Shown one piece after another: positions 51,533 to 63,675 of a DNA stretch of 64,000 nt (the first letter of the stretch is position 1; each line of letters starts with the position of its first letter). The notes under the pieces were generated by a model, which searched no databases, was not told where the DNA came from, and worked only from the letters and a program-made list of their open reading frames with translations. Position numbers and translations under genes: made by a program. The stretch comes from Felis catus (lineage: Eukaryota). The DNA lies in the NCBI RefSeq assembly GCF_018350175.1, contig NC_058368.1, positions 181,600,001-181,664,000 on the forward strand. The letters are read 5' to 3'.

Positions 51533-51671
51533 GGTATTCACATTTTTGGTAAGAAAAAGATGGCTTAACATACAAGACAAGCATCTCAATCTGGCCAAAA
51601 AAGTATCACATTCTAATATCTGCTCAGTTGTTTTCTTCCTTATTTACTTTCTCATTGTAAAAGTAATATAA

Positions 51672-51882
51672 GAGGCACCTGCGTGGCTCAGTTGGTTAAG
51701 CACCCACATCGGCTCAGGTCATGATTCATGGTTCATGAGTTCAACTCCCGAGTAAGGCTCTGTGCTGACAGCTCAGAGCCTGAAGCCTGCTTCAGATTCT
51801 GTGTCTCCCTCTCTCTCTGCCCCTCCCCCACTCATGCTCTGTCTCTCTGTCTCAAAAATAAATAAATGTTAAAAAATTTTTT
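51672..51882 (+). mobile_element. CAN-SINE (SINEC_Fc type)
   Basis: Full body; TSD aagtaatataa. Confidence 0.96.
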
Positions 51883-52049
51883 AAGTAATATAAAATTATA
51901 GTAGAAAGTTAGAAAACTATGGAAAAAAATAAGAAAATACAAATGTTTTGTTATCCGTTTCCCCAGAACTAGTCACTATTAACATATCCTTGTATGTCGC
52001 TCTCACCTTTTTCTTAATGTTCTATGGTACATTAAAAAAAAAAAAAATC

Positions 52050-52250
52050 GGAGCACCTGGGTGGCTCACTTGGTTAGGTATCAGACTCTTGGTCTTGGCT
52101 CAGGTTATCATATCCTTGTTCATGAGTTTGAGCCCTACACGGGCTCTGCACTGACAGCATGGAGCCCGCCTGAGATTCAGTCTCCTCCCCTCTCTGTCTC
52201 TCCCCCTGACTTGCTCTCTGTATCTTTGTCAAAATAAAATAAAATAAATA
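52050..52250 (+). mobile_element. CAN-SINE
   Basis: ggagcacctgggtggctcac head, 'ctctgcactgacagcatggagcc', (AAAAT)n tail. Confidence 0.93.
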
Positions 52251-52760
52251 AGGCTACATGTACTTTTGAAAAATATTTCCATATTCTTATATGTTCTTTA
52301 AAAAGATACATTTTTTAGGGCTATATAATACTTCAACATTTTGATGTTATTAAACTCTTAAAGGTAAATGACTATTTTCAAATTGCCCTTATTTTAAACG
52401 AGTCCTTAGATAATATCCTTCGAAATATATCTGGCTGTCCAATGATAACTCTTAGCATAAAATGTTAAATGGGTAAGAAGAGGTTTCAAAGTTTTAAGTC
52501 TCTTCATTTCCTCAGCACTATGCATTCCCATAAGTCAGTGATTGGTGACCCCCTCCCCCACACCACACACTCACCAATACCAAGGAAATGAATTTTTTAA
52601 AACCTTTCATAATTTTCCTAGAAGACAAATGCTGGTATCATACACTTTATGGACTTTTAAAAATATCCTGCTTAATTCTGAACAGACAATACCAGTGCTC
52701 TAGACATTCTAGTTTCTGCTCAGCTTACAAAAATGACTTCCAAATCAAAAACACTGCACT

Positions 52761-53119
52761 TGTGGAATAAGGAGGTGCTAAATTCATTACATTAATTAAA
52801 TAAGTGCTAAATTAATTAAAGAAGACATTTGACTGACATGGCCCTAATGCTATGGTGACTGACATAAGCAAACCAAAGTCAGCCTGTAAATAACTCAACA
52901 CTACGAAATCAAAATGCTAAGGACAACCAATCACCAACAGCTGATTAGGCTTTCAGCTGTAGCCAATCAATCATTTCCTGACCTTGCTTTAGGCTTTTGA
53001 CTGTGAAAGTCTCTCCCTGAACTCCAGCCTATAAAGTTCTCCTAACCACTTCCGCTTTGGCACTGCCGATTTAAGTTGATTTTTACTCAAACTCTTACGC
53101 CTCAGTTTATTTTTTTAAA
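52761..53119 (+). mobile_element. 5' LTR of a class I ERV (MER34/MER39-like)
   Basis: Starts TG; two CCAAT boxes (52927, 52963), TATAAA (53030), end 'gcctcagtttatttttttaaa'; followed directly by a degenerate PBS-like sequence and internal ERV sequence. Confidence 0.75.
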
Positions 53120-53523
53120 GTTCTGATGTCAAAGACAGAATCGAAGGAGACCCCCAACAATCCCCAGGAGCAACAAGAAACGAGAGGTAAGCTACCTGTT
53201 CAGCCTCTTGAGTTTGCTGATTTCTCGCTGCTTCGGGCACCTACAGAGGTGATAAGAACATCCCTCTTAGATCCTCCATCTGCAGCTTCTATACTCGGAG
53301 CCTCAGGACTTCATCTGGGCATTTCTCCCCTACGGTGACCCATTGCACTACTTCTGGAAATCAGACCTAATAGACCAGCCCCAACTTAGAAACGCCCAGC
53401 AATCCCAGGTCTGACTGGGTCTGACTTAAAAACCGGATTGGATCCGGGGTTGGGCTGGGGGCGGAGCCAGTGGGAGGGCTCAGGTGAATAAAATTTTGTT
53501 TTAAAGCTGGACAAGTAGGTACC

Positions 53524-53617
53524 CTTACCAAAGATAATCTTCAATTACGGTGGCTTCAGTGGAGAATTTTTAACCACCTTAGATAGGATTATCCATTTAC
53601 GAACTGCCCTAGAGAAA
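53524..53617 (+). pseudogene. gag: Degraded ERV gag N-terminal (MA-like) relic
   Basis: Manual translation with one frameshift: LTKDNLQLRWLQWRIFN / LDRIIHLRTALEK, resembling the class I ERV MA 'WP.WGTF.LDKI.HLR' pattern. Confidence 0.6.
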
Positions 53618-54366
53618 AGGTGGTCTCAGCCAAGCACTCAGTATAAAGAAGAGACAGAAAAAAAATTGTTTTTTCCTCCTCTGTACTTTCTGGGGACCAG
53701 GATGAGAACTCACTGGGGCACCCCACCTGGAACCTGCAGATGACGTTCTGGGAAAACCGTTAGTCTGCAAAGGATAAGAATAAATAACAAACTCAGCTCT
53801 CCCAGATTTCTACTTGTGGTACCCAGTAGAGAGAAGGTAAAATTTCATGTCTCTTCCTTTCCAAATTCAGATTGGCAGGAAAATATTGATTATTGAAAAT
53901 TTCTTGCCCAGGAATAGCTACTGCCTCATTTGTCTAATTTTGTGTCCCAGGAGCTTGGCTTAACAACCAACCATGATGTTGGGGTGGGGGTCCCAAAAAT
54001 ACATCTAGATGGAGATGTGGGTTGCACTACATTTGTAGCTGGGGTCCTAACAAGTGTTGCCAGCTCTCAGGGGAATTGTCTAAGTATTTCTTTTGGTTAT
54101 CTTTGGAAGTGGCTCTGCATCTTGGGAAGGTAGTACCTTCTGCACCTTCTCTGGGTCACCGTAGGGGTGACCTTTCTTAGGTCTTCATGGGCTTGTTCAG
54201 TACAACTACGAATATTTACTGTTGCTCCTGGCTGGCACCAAACAAGATATTTGAAAGGATTTTTTTTTCTTTTTTCTTTTTTTTTTTTTTTAAGTAGCTC
54301 TACAATCAGAAGTGGGCCAAATTGGAAGCTGATATTAAGATCCTGATAGGAACTATTTTTTAGGAC

Positions 54367-54618
54367 TTTTCCTCAAAGCTAAAATGAAAGAATGTACCCA
54401 GTGGAAAAGAAAAACATTCTGAATTCATTGTAGAAGGATTTACCAGACCATTCTGAAGAAACACAGCTCTAAATGTAGAATATAGGGATCTTTTGATTTC
54501 AATCTTAGTTGAAGATCTTCTTGATATAAAGAAGTAAATTGAGGATAATGTAGCTTGATAGCTGGGCCAGCTTCTGGATATCATTCCGGTTGCAACCCAG
54601 TTCTTTGAGGACTTAAAA
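54367..54618 (+). pseudogene. gag: Degraded ERV gag capsid (MHR and CA C-terminal) relic
   Basis: Manual translation with frameshift and stops: KECTQ / KEKHSEFIVEGFTRPF*RNTALNVEYRDLLISILVEDLLDIKK*IEDNVA**LGQLLDIIPVATQFFEDLK, resembling the gammaretrovirus-like MHR Q..KE..SEF.E.F and following helices. Confidence 0.65.
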
Positions 54619-55136
54619 AATGTACTTGTCTTACAAATTGAGTCTTTTTAAGAACAGAAATGTGGCTCTAGAAACAATTCAAACACCACCTATCCCTTTT
54701 GCCAATCCCCAAACCTCCCCTATTCATCTCAAAAGGTTTGCACATATTGTGAAAGATCTGGATTTAAGAAACAAAAGCCTTTCTTGGAGAAATTTGCATA
54801 CTTTCCCTGTGCCTTTGAGATAAAAGTATTCTACCTGGTGTTCTCTAGGAACCCAGAGCATTCTCTTGATATGAAACTTCAAGGAGACAATTCTTAGTGT
54901 GTGTGATGGGGGGGGGGGGGGAGGGGGAATAAAAAGAGAAAAAGAAAGGAAATAAAGCTATATGGAAATTAGGGGAATAAAAAATTTAAAAGCCTTTCCA
55001 CAAACATTAGTAAAAGCTTAAGCCATCTGAGCAGGTAACTTTAACTCATCTATTCGCCAAAAACACAATTTGGATTCAACTCTCCTTTTATAAACTAGTG
55101 AGTTTTCCATTATCATACTTTTCTCATTGCTAGTAC

Positions 55137-55365
55137 TTTATTTTTTTTTTTTTAATGTTTGTTTATTTTTGAGAGAGACAGAGAGGCAGAGCACGAGCAG
55201 GGGGAGGGGCAGAGAGAGAGGGAGAGACAGAATCCGAAGCAGGCTCCAGGCTCTGAGCTGTCTGCACAGAGCTGGACGTGGGGCTCAAACTCACAAACCC
55301 AAACCATGAGATCGTGACCTGAGCTGAAGTCAGATGCTTAACCTATTGAGCCATCCAGGTGCCTC
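55137..55365 (-). mobile_element. CAN-SINE (SINEC_Fc type) inserted in the ERV
   Basis: Full body; TSD tctcattgctag. Confidence 0.96.
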
Positions 55366-56061
55366 TCTCATTGCTAGAATTTTAAAATGAAAGCTTTAAG
55401 ATCTCTGCATGTGTCTATGTTACATGCATCTATGTATGTGTGTTATAGATTTGTGATATTTTTCTACCTCCAGATGGCATTGCCAAAATTGATTTGTAAA
55501 GACAAACAAGCATTTATATAAATCAAGTATACTCTCATAAATATAGAAACTAACCCAAATGATTTTCAAGTTCGTGTGATCTAGGATAACGTTTGGTAAA
55601 TACACGCTGATTTAAGTTTGTTGGCTTAAGTAAAACAGGCATGTCTTTAGAGTTATCAGCATTGGATATAATAATACTCTTATTCTACCTAGATTTACTG
55701 AAAGTCAGTCTTATGCTGTCTCAGTTACAGAATTTGTCAACAAGAAAAATAACAGATAACAAGATGAAGGTTAGACATTCAATATCATAAAATTTTCATA
55801 AATAATCTAAACATAATTGTTAACAAGTAAGGTATGTAAGTAATGAAAAAGTTTATAAACCTACTTTTCAATAATATTTATGCTTATGGTATGTCTACTT
55901 AAAAGTAGTTTCCAAAATCTTTTTGGTAACTGAAAACTTTAAAAGTATACCGAGTTAGGTTAAATATTGGATATTCATTGAATATCTAGATTTCCAAATA
56001 ATATAAAATACTGAAACATTAATTACTGAACATAGGTTTATCTACTTTTGGCTTCCTTTAC

Positions 56062-56637
56062 TGGTGACTCCTGGTACTTTTACAGTCACACACAAAGCAG
56101 TGAAAATTCTGAGTTGCCCAGTACACATGTTCCGGGCTAAGATGTAACAAGGCAATGCCGTGCCTTCTTTTTTCAGTGCTCATATTATAAATAAGTCCTT
56201 TTCATGGTCTATTTGGTGCCACATTTTTTTACATTTTTGTGTTTTTTTCTTGCTGATTTTGCTGTTTTAAATGACCCCCCAAGCACATAGTTAAGTGCTA
56301 CCTGGTAATCCCAAGTCTAAGAAGGCTATTATGTGTCTTATGGAGAGAATACATGTGCTAGGTAAGCTTTGGTCAGGCAGGAGTTACAGTGCTGTCGGCC
56401 ATGAGTTCAAAGTTAATGAATCAACAACATATATTAAATAAGATGTCCTTAAACAGAAACACACATAAAACAAGGTTACATATTGATCTGTTGATTGGCT
56501 GATGAAAATGTTGGGACTTGAGGCTTGCACTTATCTAATCCTGTATTTCCCCTAGAGGCAATGGTTCTGTACTTGCTAATTCAGTGTTCCCAGCAACTTC
56601 ACAGAACATGACTGCCACAAATAAGGAGAATCAACTG
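56062..56637 (-). mobile_element. MER82 (TcMar-Tigger), one end truncated
   Basis: 'ggccatgagttcaaagttaatgaatcaacaa..ttaaacagaaacacacataaaacaaggtta..cctgtatttcccctagaggcaatggttc..gctaattcagtgttc..gagaatcaactg' is reverse MER82. Confidence 0.9.
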
Positions 56638-56727
56638 TTATATTTATTTATTTCCCCATGTTCTTGATATTTTATTCTTTGTATGATTATGGCCCTATAT
56701 TCTTACATTCTTTATTAGGATGCCTAC

Positions 56728-56954
56728 TTTTTTTTTTTTTTTTACGTTTTTTAAATCTTTATTTTTGAGAGACAGAGAGACAGAGTGCGAGCAGGGGAAG
56801 AACAGGGAGAGAGAGAGAGACACAGAATCCGAAGCAGGATCCAGGCTCTGAGCTGTCAGCACAGAGCCTGAAGCGGGGCTTGATACCACAAACCATGAGA
56901 TCATGACCTGAACCAAAGTCAGACGCTTAAATGACTGAGCCATCCAAGTGCCCC
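56728..56954 (-). mobile_element. CAN-SINE (SINEC_Fc type)
   Basis: Full body; perfect TSD taggatgcctac. Confidence 0.97.
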
Positions 56955-57009
56955 TAGGATGCCTACATTTATAACCCATTTTCTATGGAGTTGAATATGG
57001 TATGTAGGT

Positions 57010-57019
57010 ACACAACACA

Positions 57020-57051
<32 letters not shown>
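57010..57051. repeat. (CA)n microsatellite
   Basis: Directly visible. Confidence 0.95.
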
Positions 57052-57052
<1 letters not shown>

Positions 57053-57217
57053 GCAACTATCCATTAAAATACCTCACCTATAATATTTTGACTTATTTAT
57101 AATTTATATTATGTATGATGATATTTTATTTATATTAAATTGACCTTTTCACAATGTATTTTTAATCTGTTGGTTTTTCAGTCAAATGGGACCCATCATA
57201 TTATTACTTCCCTTATA

Positions 57218-58056
57218 CAGGGATACCTCATTTTATTGTGCTTCATTTTACTGCACTTCACAGACAATGCATTTTTACAAATTCAAGGTTCATGGCAACC
57301 CTGCATTTAGCAAGTGTACTGATGCCATTTTTTCCAATAGCATTTGTTCATTTCATGTCTCTGTCAAATTGTGGTAATTCTTGCAATATTTCAAACTTTT
57401 TCATTATTATTATATTTGAACTGTTTCAGTCTCATGATAAAACTTTAATGGATGACTAGTTGCTTCTTGTGGAGGAGCAAAGAGGCTGGTTTCTTGAGAT
57501 GGAGTCTACTCCTTGTGAAAATGCTGTAAAGATTGTTGACATGACAAAAAAGCATTGAGATTATTGTATCATTAACTTAGTTGATAAAGTAGTGGTAGTG
57601 GTAAGGTTTGAGAGAATTGACTCCAAGTTTGAAAAAAGTTCTACTGGGGGTAAAATGCTGTCAGAGTCACAAGCCACAGAGAAATTGCTCAGGAAAGAAA
57701 GAGCACAGCAAACGGCATGGTCTTATTTTAAGAAATTGCCACAGCTACCCAACCTTCAGCAACCACCACCTTGATCAGTCAGCAGATATTAACATTGAGG
57801 CAAGACCTTCCACCAGCAAAAAGATTATGACCCACTGAAAGCTCAGATGATGGTTAGCATATATTTTTAGCAATAAAGTATTTTTAAATTAAGATACATC
57901 GTTTTTTTAGACATAAGGCTATTTTACCTTTAATAGACTACTGTATAGTGTAAACATAACATTTATACGTACTGAAGCCCAGTAAATTCATTTGACTTGC
58001 TTTCTTGTTGTATTTACTTTATTGGGGTGGTCTGGAACTAACCCTACAATATCTCC
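57218..58056 (+). mobile_element. Tigger1-derived element with large internal deletion
   Basis: TA|cagggatacctcattttattgtgcttc matches the Tigger1 5' end; jumps at ~57415 to transposase 3' sequence 'tctcatgataaaactt..gagcaaaga..ttagttgataaag..gaggcaagaccttccaccagcaaaaagatta'; ends 'caatatctcc'. Confidence 0.92.
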
Positions 58057-58539
58057 ATATTTTCTTAACACCTTATTAAAGTGCTTGTTCTATTTGTTCA
58101 GCCTGGCTTACATAGTTCTAATGATACAAAACACCTCTGCAGACCACTTTTATTATTTTTTTGTAACTGTTTTGTAATAGTAAACTAAGCTATTCAAAGA
58201 TATTCCCACTCAATTTGCCAAATGAGCACTCAAAAATTTAAATAGCATTTTATAATTACTTTCCTTATTCTATGTTACAAATATCTCATTGATTTATGTA
58301 CTCCAGGACTCGAAAACCAAATCTACATCCAATGATAGTTGGCAAACATTGGTAAGCATGCTATTCACCCTTCAGTGTAAGTGACAACAGGATTTAACAA
58401 AAGTTTCATAATTTAAAATTGATGTAATTAATTTACTAGATCATAGCTTATCATATCATATTATTCATAATAAAACTTAGACTTTCTCTAGAATAATCCC
58501 ATACTTTTACTTGTTCAAAATATTTCAATTAGTGGATCA

Positions 58540-58720
58540 GTATCTGGAATAACAGACTGGACTAAAAATTAAGGCTTTTCTCCTTTTTAGCTATGCAAAG
58601 ATGAGCAACCTCTTGGGACCTCAGATTTCAGGATTAAGAGGACTTTAGTTTTATGTTAAATAAAATAATTTACATTGAGAAAAAATTTTAAATGTAGTAC
58701 ATGACATGTATTTAATAACT
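58540..58720 (+). mobile_element. MIR SINE (degenerate)
   Basis: 'ggaataacagactggact..tagctatg..aacctcttgggacctcagatt'. Confidence 0.5.
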
Positions 58721-60232
58721 GTTCCTATCTACATTTTTAACCCTTCATAACTGTTTTATTAAAACACCACACACACATTATATATTTGTTCTGGTTACAT
58801 AAGCTCTATTTTAGTCTTTAAATTTCCAAGGAAATATTTTGTGAAATATATAATGTTGCATGACTATATATTGGAGAATTTGGAATATTTAAAGAAAACC
58901 TGTGGTAAATCTCACGACGTTAACAGGCATTTCAGGTATATAGTGTCGAAAACAAATATCTCAAAATGCTCTCATCTTAAAGGTTAGATGTTAAGTATTA
59001 AAATCTGTTTCTATGCTGGCAAAAAAGGAAAAGGAAAAAAAAAGCTCTGTGTATTACTTTCATCATGGTGCTAATAGTTTCAGTGCTTACACAGAAGTGC
59101 ATTTTAAACTAGAGGGGAAAAAAAGTTAATCTTATTTTTAAAGAGACTAGGTCACTTATATATTCAGTACATACTGATTATTACAAAACCTTTAAATGGG
59201 AAGCAAAGTGAAAAATGTCAACTTGTATTCCACTGATAGGGAATTAAATCCACACGTCACCCACTGCAGGATATGTTGCTGAAAACACAGCCTTCGTGTA
59301 GATCTGTTAATTATCCCAAAATTTCTACCTAAAGTAGGGTTTCAATTTATTACTATCAAAAACTGAATAACATTGGTTCTACCTAGCCCTTACCAATGGC
59401 ATTCTTTCAAAAGATCAGGGTTTTTCTCATGATTTTTAAGTTCTTTTATCTTCATTTTGTAAATAGTGAAAAATAGTCAAAAACCCCATATTTTTAGTGA
59501 TGACAGAATCACATCTTGTATCTCATCCTAGCCTGGTTGAAAGCATATATGAGTGTCTATGAGAACTATGAGAATCTACATTTAAATCTAATGTTTTCTA
59601 TGAATTCAACAGGGGGTAAAACCATTTTATACACTAATTCCAGTTAAGCAAAAGAAGTTGCATAGAAATTTTTAAGGCACTGATCTACTAACTGAAATAT
59701 TTTGAGCAAGCAAAAATATGGCATTATTCTTAAGAAAGCCTATGCTTTAGTATGAAGAATATGATCTCATAAGCTATGATCTAGTAGTTAATTACATTAT
59801 AATAAATATATGAATTGCCTCTTATGAGGAAGGAGAGTAGTATTTAAAATTTCAGTAATAAGCCTGAGTGAAAAGAAAAAAAAAAATTAAAAAGCCAGAG
59901 AAAGTATGGATGGGAACTAAAAACTTGGACAAACACTGGTTTATGCTTACAAAGCCCATTGCCTAGTTAGGCTACTCTCATTTATTCTATTAGGGCTGGA
60001 CATGACACTTTAAATTGAACAGCAGATGGCAGAAGTCTTATGAAGTTCTTTGCTAAGTAGGTAGGTATTTCTTGAAAACAGGTTCAATAGAATGTAAACT
60101 ACAGTGCCAGACAGTTAGCATGAAGGACTTGAGAAAGTTGACAGCAGTTTTCTGCAAGCCAAGCCCTGTCTCATAGATTGGATTATTTAGCCAGAATTCA
60201 AAACATTTGTGGTTGCAAGAGTCAATTATCTT

Positions 60233-60470
60233 TTTTTTTTTTTTTTTTAGTTTTTATTAATGTTTTATTTATTTTTGAGAGAGAGAGAGAGAGAGAAACA
60301 GAGCGGGAGCGGGGAAGGGCAGAGAGAAAGAGGGCGACCCAGAATCTGAAGCAGGCTCCAGGCTCCGAGCTGACAGCACAGAGCCCAATGCGGGCCTCAA
60401 ACTCACAAACTGTGAGATCATGACCTGAGCCGAAGTCGATGCTTAACCGACTGAACCACCCAGGCCCCCC
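60233..60470 (-). mobile_element. CAN-SINE (SINEC_Fc type)
   Basis: Full body, long T tail; perfect 18-bp TSD gcaagagtcaattatctt. Confidence 0.97.
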
Positions 60471-63469
60471 AGCAAGAGTCAATTATCTTAACTAAATGAT
60501 GGCCAGACCTAATGAGAGCACTGAGAAAACTCAATGAGTTTCCAGGCCAGCATGCTAGGCAAATCACTTATATCCTAAGATTTGCTTTTATTATCAACGT
60601 GGTTCCTAAAATCATGTAGCCTTTTCTCTCTTCCTACATTGATACAATAGTCCTCATTTTCCATTTCCCTGACAACCATGTCCCAAAGACCCATCATTTC
60701 CAGGAAACTGAGTCAGAGAATTATATTAGATGATAAGATTAGGAGGATGAGCAAGAAAGAGAAAAAGAGGGAATGATCATTGAATCTAACAAGGTCAAGA
60801 AAACCCTCTAGGAACCTGAAATATGGGCCTTACTCTTCATGGTAGGCTCTATTCCTCCAGGTCTGGCTCCATCTAACCTACCTGCAGTGTTCCAATCTAT
60901 GACTTGCTCTGGAAGAGGATAAATGGGTTACATAGGATATATCAGAGTCTTAGGTCTGTTTCACCATACCCCTTCCCATTTCTGCCAAAATTGACAACTC
61001 AACATATAGAATGGATTTCCTAAGTACTCAGTGATGTCTCCTTAAGAACCAAAACAATGATGGACCCACGTTTCCAAGAAAAAAAGTGGTACTAGGGGAT
61101 ATTTCTAGAAATGGATAGCACCTAATCTATGTGCTAGGGTCCTTAAAGTCAGAGATGTACTCTAATAAATTCAAGCCTTCCTTACACAACCCAGTTTGGA
61201 TCTGACCTCCAAGACACTAGGGACAATTATGCTTCAGAGATAGTTAAAGTGTGCTGAGCATTATACCACTGAGTGCCTTTCTTGCAATCTAAAAAATAGT
61301 GTAATCCAAAAAGAAGTCACCACTACCCTAATAGAAGATTCCCTCAGCTCAGACCACATAACCAAGAAAACATATGGGGACAGCAAGAAAAAAATGTGGA
61401 AAACTAGTCGTGGTAGAAAGGTAGGTTTCAGACAAATTGCTTGGACTTCAGTTTCTTTACCATCAAAATGGAGCCAAAACTGCAGATAACATTCATTTAT
61501 CTCTGACTATGTGTCTAAGTACCATGCTAAGTACCTAACTGCATCATCTACTTTACTTCTCACTACAGCCTCATGAGATTCCCATCCAGGCATAATATTA
61601 TATGCTCTGTAAGTACTTTCCAAACTCACTGTTCCAGCCAGGCTGTCTGATTATTGCATTATGCACATCCTCTTCATCAAAGTATCCACATCATCAACCT
61701 TGCCCGTAAACCCATTATCACTTACTTCGCCACCTAAGAACTTCCCTTTACTTTCTGCCTCATTTTCACAGGAAAAAGAAAACTAAAAAACAAAACAAAA
61801 CAAAACAAAAAACACAAATAAAATCTGCTAGAAATAAAAAAAAGGATAGAAAGGGAAGAAAGAAGAAGAAGAAAACATTTAATCCAGATACCTTTTCCTT
61901 TTATCCATCTAGTCACTCATAAGTCTCTATCTTAACTGTTCCCCTATCTTATCCTTGGCTATAATATCTGCATGAATACTCAAATTACTAAAATTATTCT
62001 ATAACTGAGGTTTTAGCTAAATCAGATGATCCATCTCCAAATTAGAGTTGCAAAATGTATTTTTAATTGTCCCCATAGAACCCTTTAATTTTCTCACCCC
62101 CAAAGTGCACTGTCTTGCTGAGGTGTGACCTGTAAAAATATAAAAAGCAAGATCTGAAAAGCAAAAGACTGGAGAAAAATGCATGCAGAAGGCCTAAGAA
62201 AAAGCCTTAGGAAGCCCTTTGATATATGGTGCTAGATGCTGTAGAAGTATATTGAGAATACCAGTTCAGGAGCAATAAAAACACAGAGGATTTTACTAGG
62301 AACATCAGAAAGGCTTGCTGGTTTCCTTTTTGCTTGTAGTCTTATGGCATGTATAGATTAACAACATTAAACACATCAAGGGGGCCAAGTTTTTCTTTCA
62401 ATGCAATGCTATGTGGCCCAACTGACCACAAACATCACCTTTTATTTCCATGTGTACATAGCAAATATGAAAAGTCTGATGACCAAATTATTTGTAGAAG
62501 CCAGGGGATAAGGAGGGGGTACCAGAGGGGACACATCCAGGTAGAGAAGAGGCAGATACATGACTGAAGAATTGTAGTCTTTCAATTGGGTTGGAAAAGA
62601 GAGACAGACAATAGCAGATTTCAGAGAAAGAAAATGACAGGACAAATTACTTTTGTCCCTAAGGAAAAAAAAAGGAAAAAAAAAAAAAAAGAAGCCAGTT
62701 TTTCTACACGGAGCTGGAAAAGCCCTATTTTGTGCTCTGTATCAAAGCACTTTGGTCAACAATACAAACAACATGAGGCAGAGCAAAACACAAAATTGTA
62801 GCTATGATTCCACTCACCAAAAGGGTAGATCTTCAATGTGCAATTCAGCTGGCTTTACAGGACTGCTCCACAGCAAAGCCAAGCAACGAAGCAAGCCCCA
62901 GTCTTCTTAGGCAATAAAAAGCTGGATGTAACTGTTAAAAAAAAAAAAAAAGAGAGAGAGAGAGAGAAAGAAAATAGATAAGATTCAAATGAGCACATAA
63001 AAAAAAAGAATAAAAATGCAAATAAATACTAGATCTCCTCAAAATGTAGGAAAGTTGGAATTAGGAGCTAAATAAGCTAAATCGTACACCTTACCCTTTA
63101 GAATATCTTTCATCAGAGAAATGTAAAATATGGTTATAAAACCTATTAATTAAATCAGTCATTTTGACTATGGCACACCATTATCGTTAAGAAAAAATTA
63201 CCACAATACTATACCCATTCGTTATCCTTTAAATCTGATGCTGTTTATAATATAAACACTGAAATATATAGTATTACAATGGGAGAATAAGCACATCTTT
63301 CTAGCAATATACAGATTTGAAGCTTGTTCTTTACATTTACAAATGAATTATTTCATCTTTAAATATACAGTTTACTCATCCATACAATCTAAGCATTATT
63401 TTGCCAACCTTTAAATTCAAATACTTGCTAATTAGTACCATGGTCAATAGAACGCAGGAGTAATATTAT

Positions 63470-63675
63470 ATCACAGGAAAGTCCCCTGACTCCAATATAA
63501 CTTGCTTTGGGCAAATAACCTAAGCTTTCATCATCTAAAATGGGGATATAATAGCACCTATTTCATACAAATGTTGTGATGATTAAACATAAAAATCCAT
63601 CAAAAGCACTTAGTACAGTGCTTGGCACATAGTACCATTTTAATACACATCACCTGTCACTATTGTCATTGTTGT
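63470..63675 (+). mobile_element. MIR SINE
   Basis: 'catctaaaatggggatataatagcacctatttcata..gttgtgatgattaaa..aaagcacttagtacagtgcttggcacatagt'. Confidence 0.88.

Larger units (their letters stand above)
51640..52700 (-). mobile_element. Very old L1 (L1ME-like) fragments carrying two CAN-SINEs
   Basis: 'tgtaaaagtaatata..agaaagttagaaaac..tcactattaacat' and 'gcactatgcattcccat..cactcaccaatac' resemble reverse L1ME. Confidence 0.5.
53120..56060 (+). mobile_element. ERV1 internal region (MER4/MER34-int-like), 3'-truncated
   Basis: Leader with GAG|gtaagc donor (53187), gag relics, and MER4-group non-coding motifs ('ctttttataaactagtgagtttt', 'atagaaactaacccaaatg..ttcaagttc..tgatctagga', 'taaaacaggcatgtctttagagttatcagcatt'); no 3' LTR seen. 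Confidence 0.8.

Noticed and set aside
54360..54584. 74-aa minus-strand ORF
   Set aside because: Antisense shadow of the degraded gag capsid relic on +
57592..57838. ORFs resembling transposase
   Set aside because: Broken Tigger1 C-terminal remnants, not a functional or domesticated gene
223..60470. tRNA-like A/B boxes and regularly recurring repeats (tRNA genes or CRISPR-like array)
   Set aside because: All belong to dispersed SINE heads; no full cloverleaf and no repeat-spacer periodicity
234..60482. Recurring similar ORFs (MAQSVK..SSPASGSVLTAQSLEPASDSVS..) that look like a protein family
   Set aside because: They are translations of CAN-SINE copies, mostly from non-ATG starts
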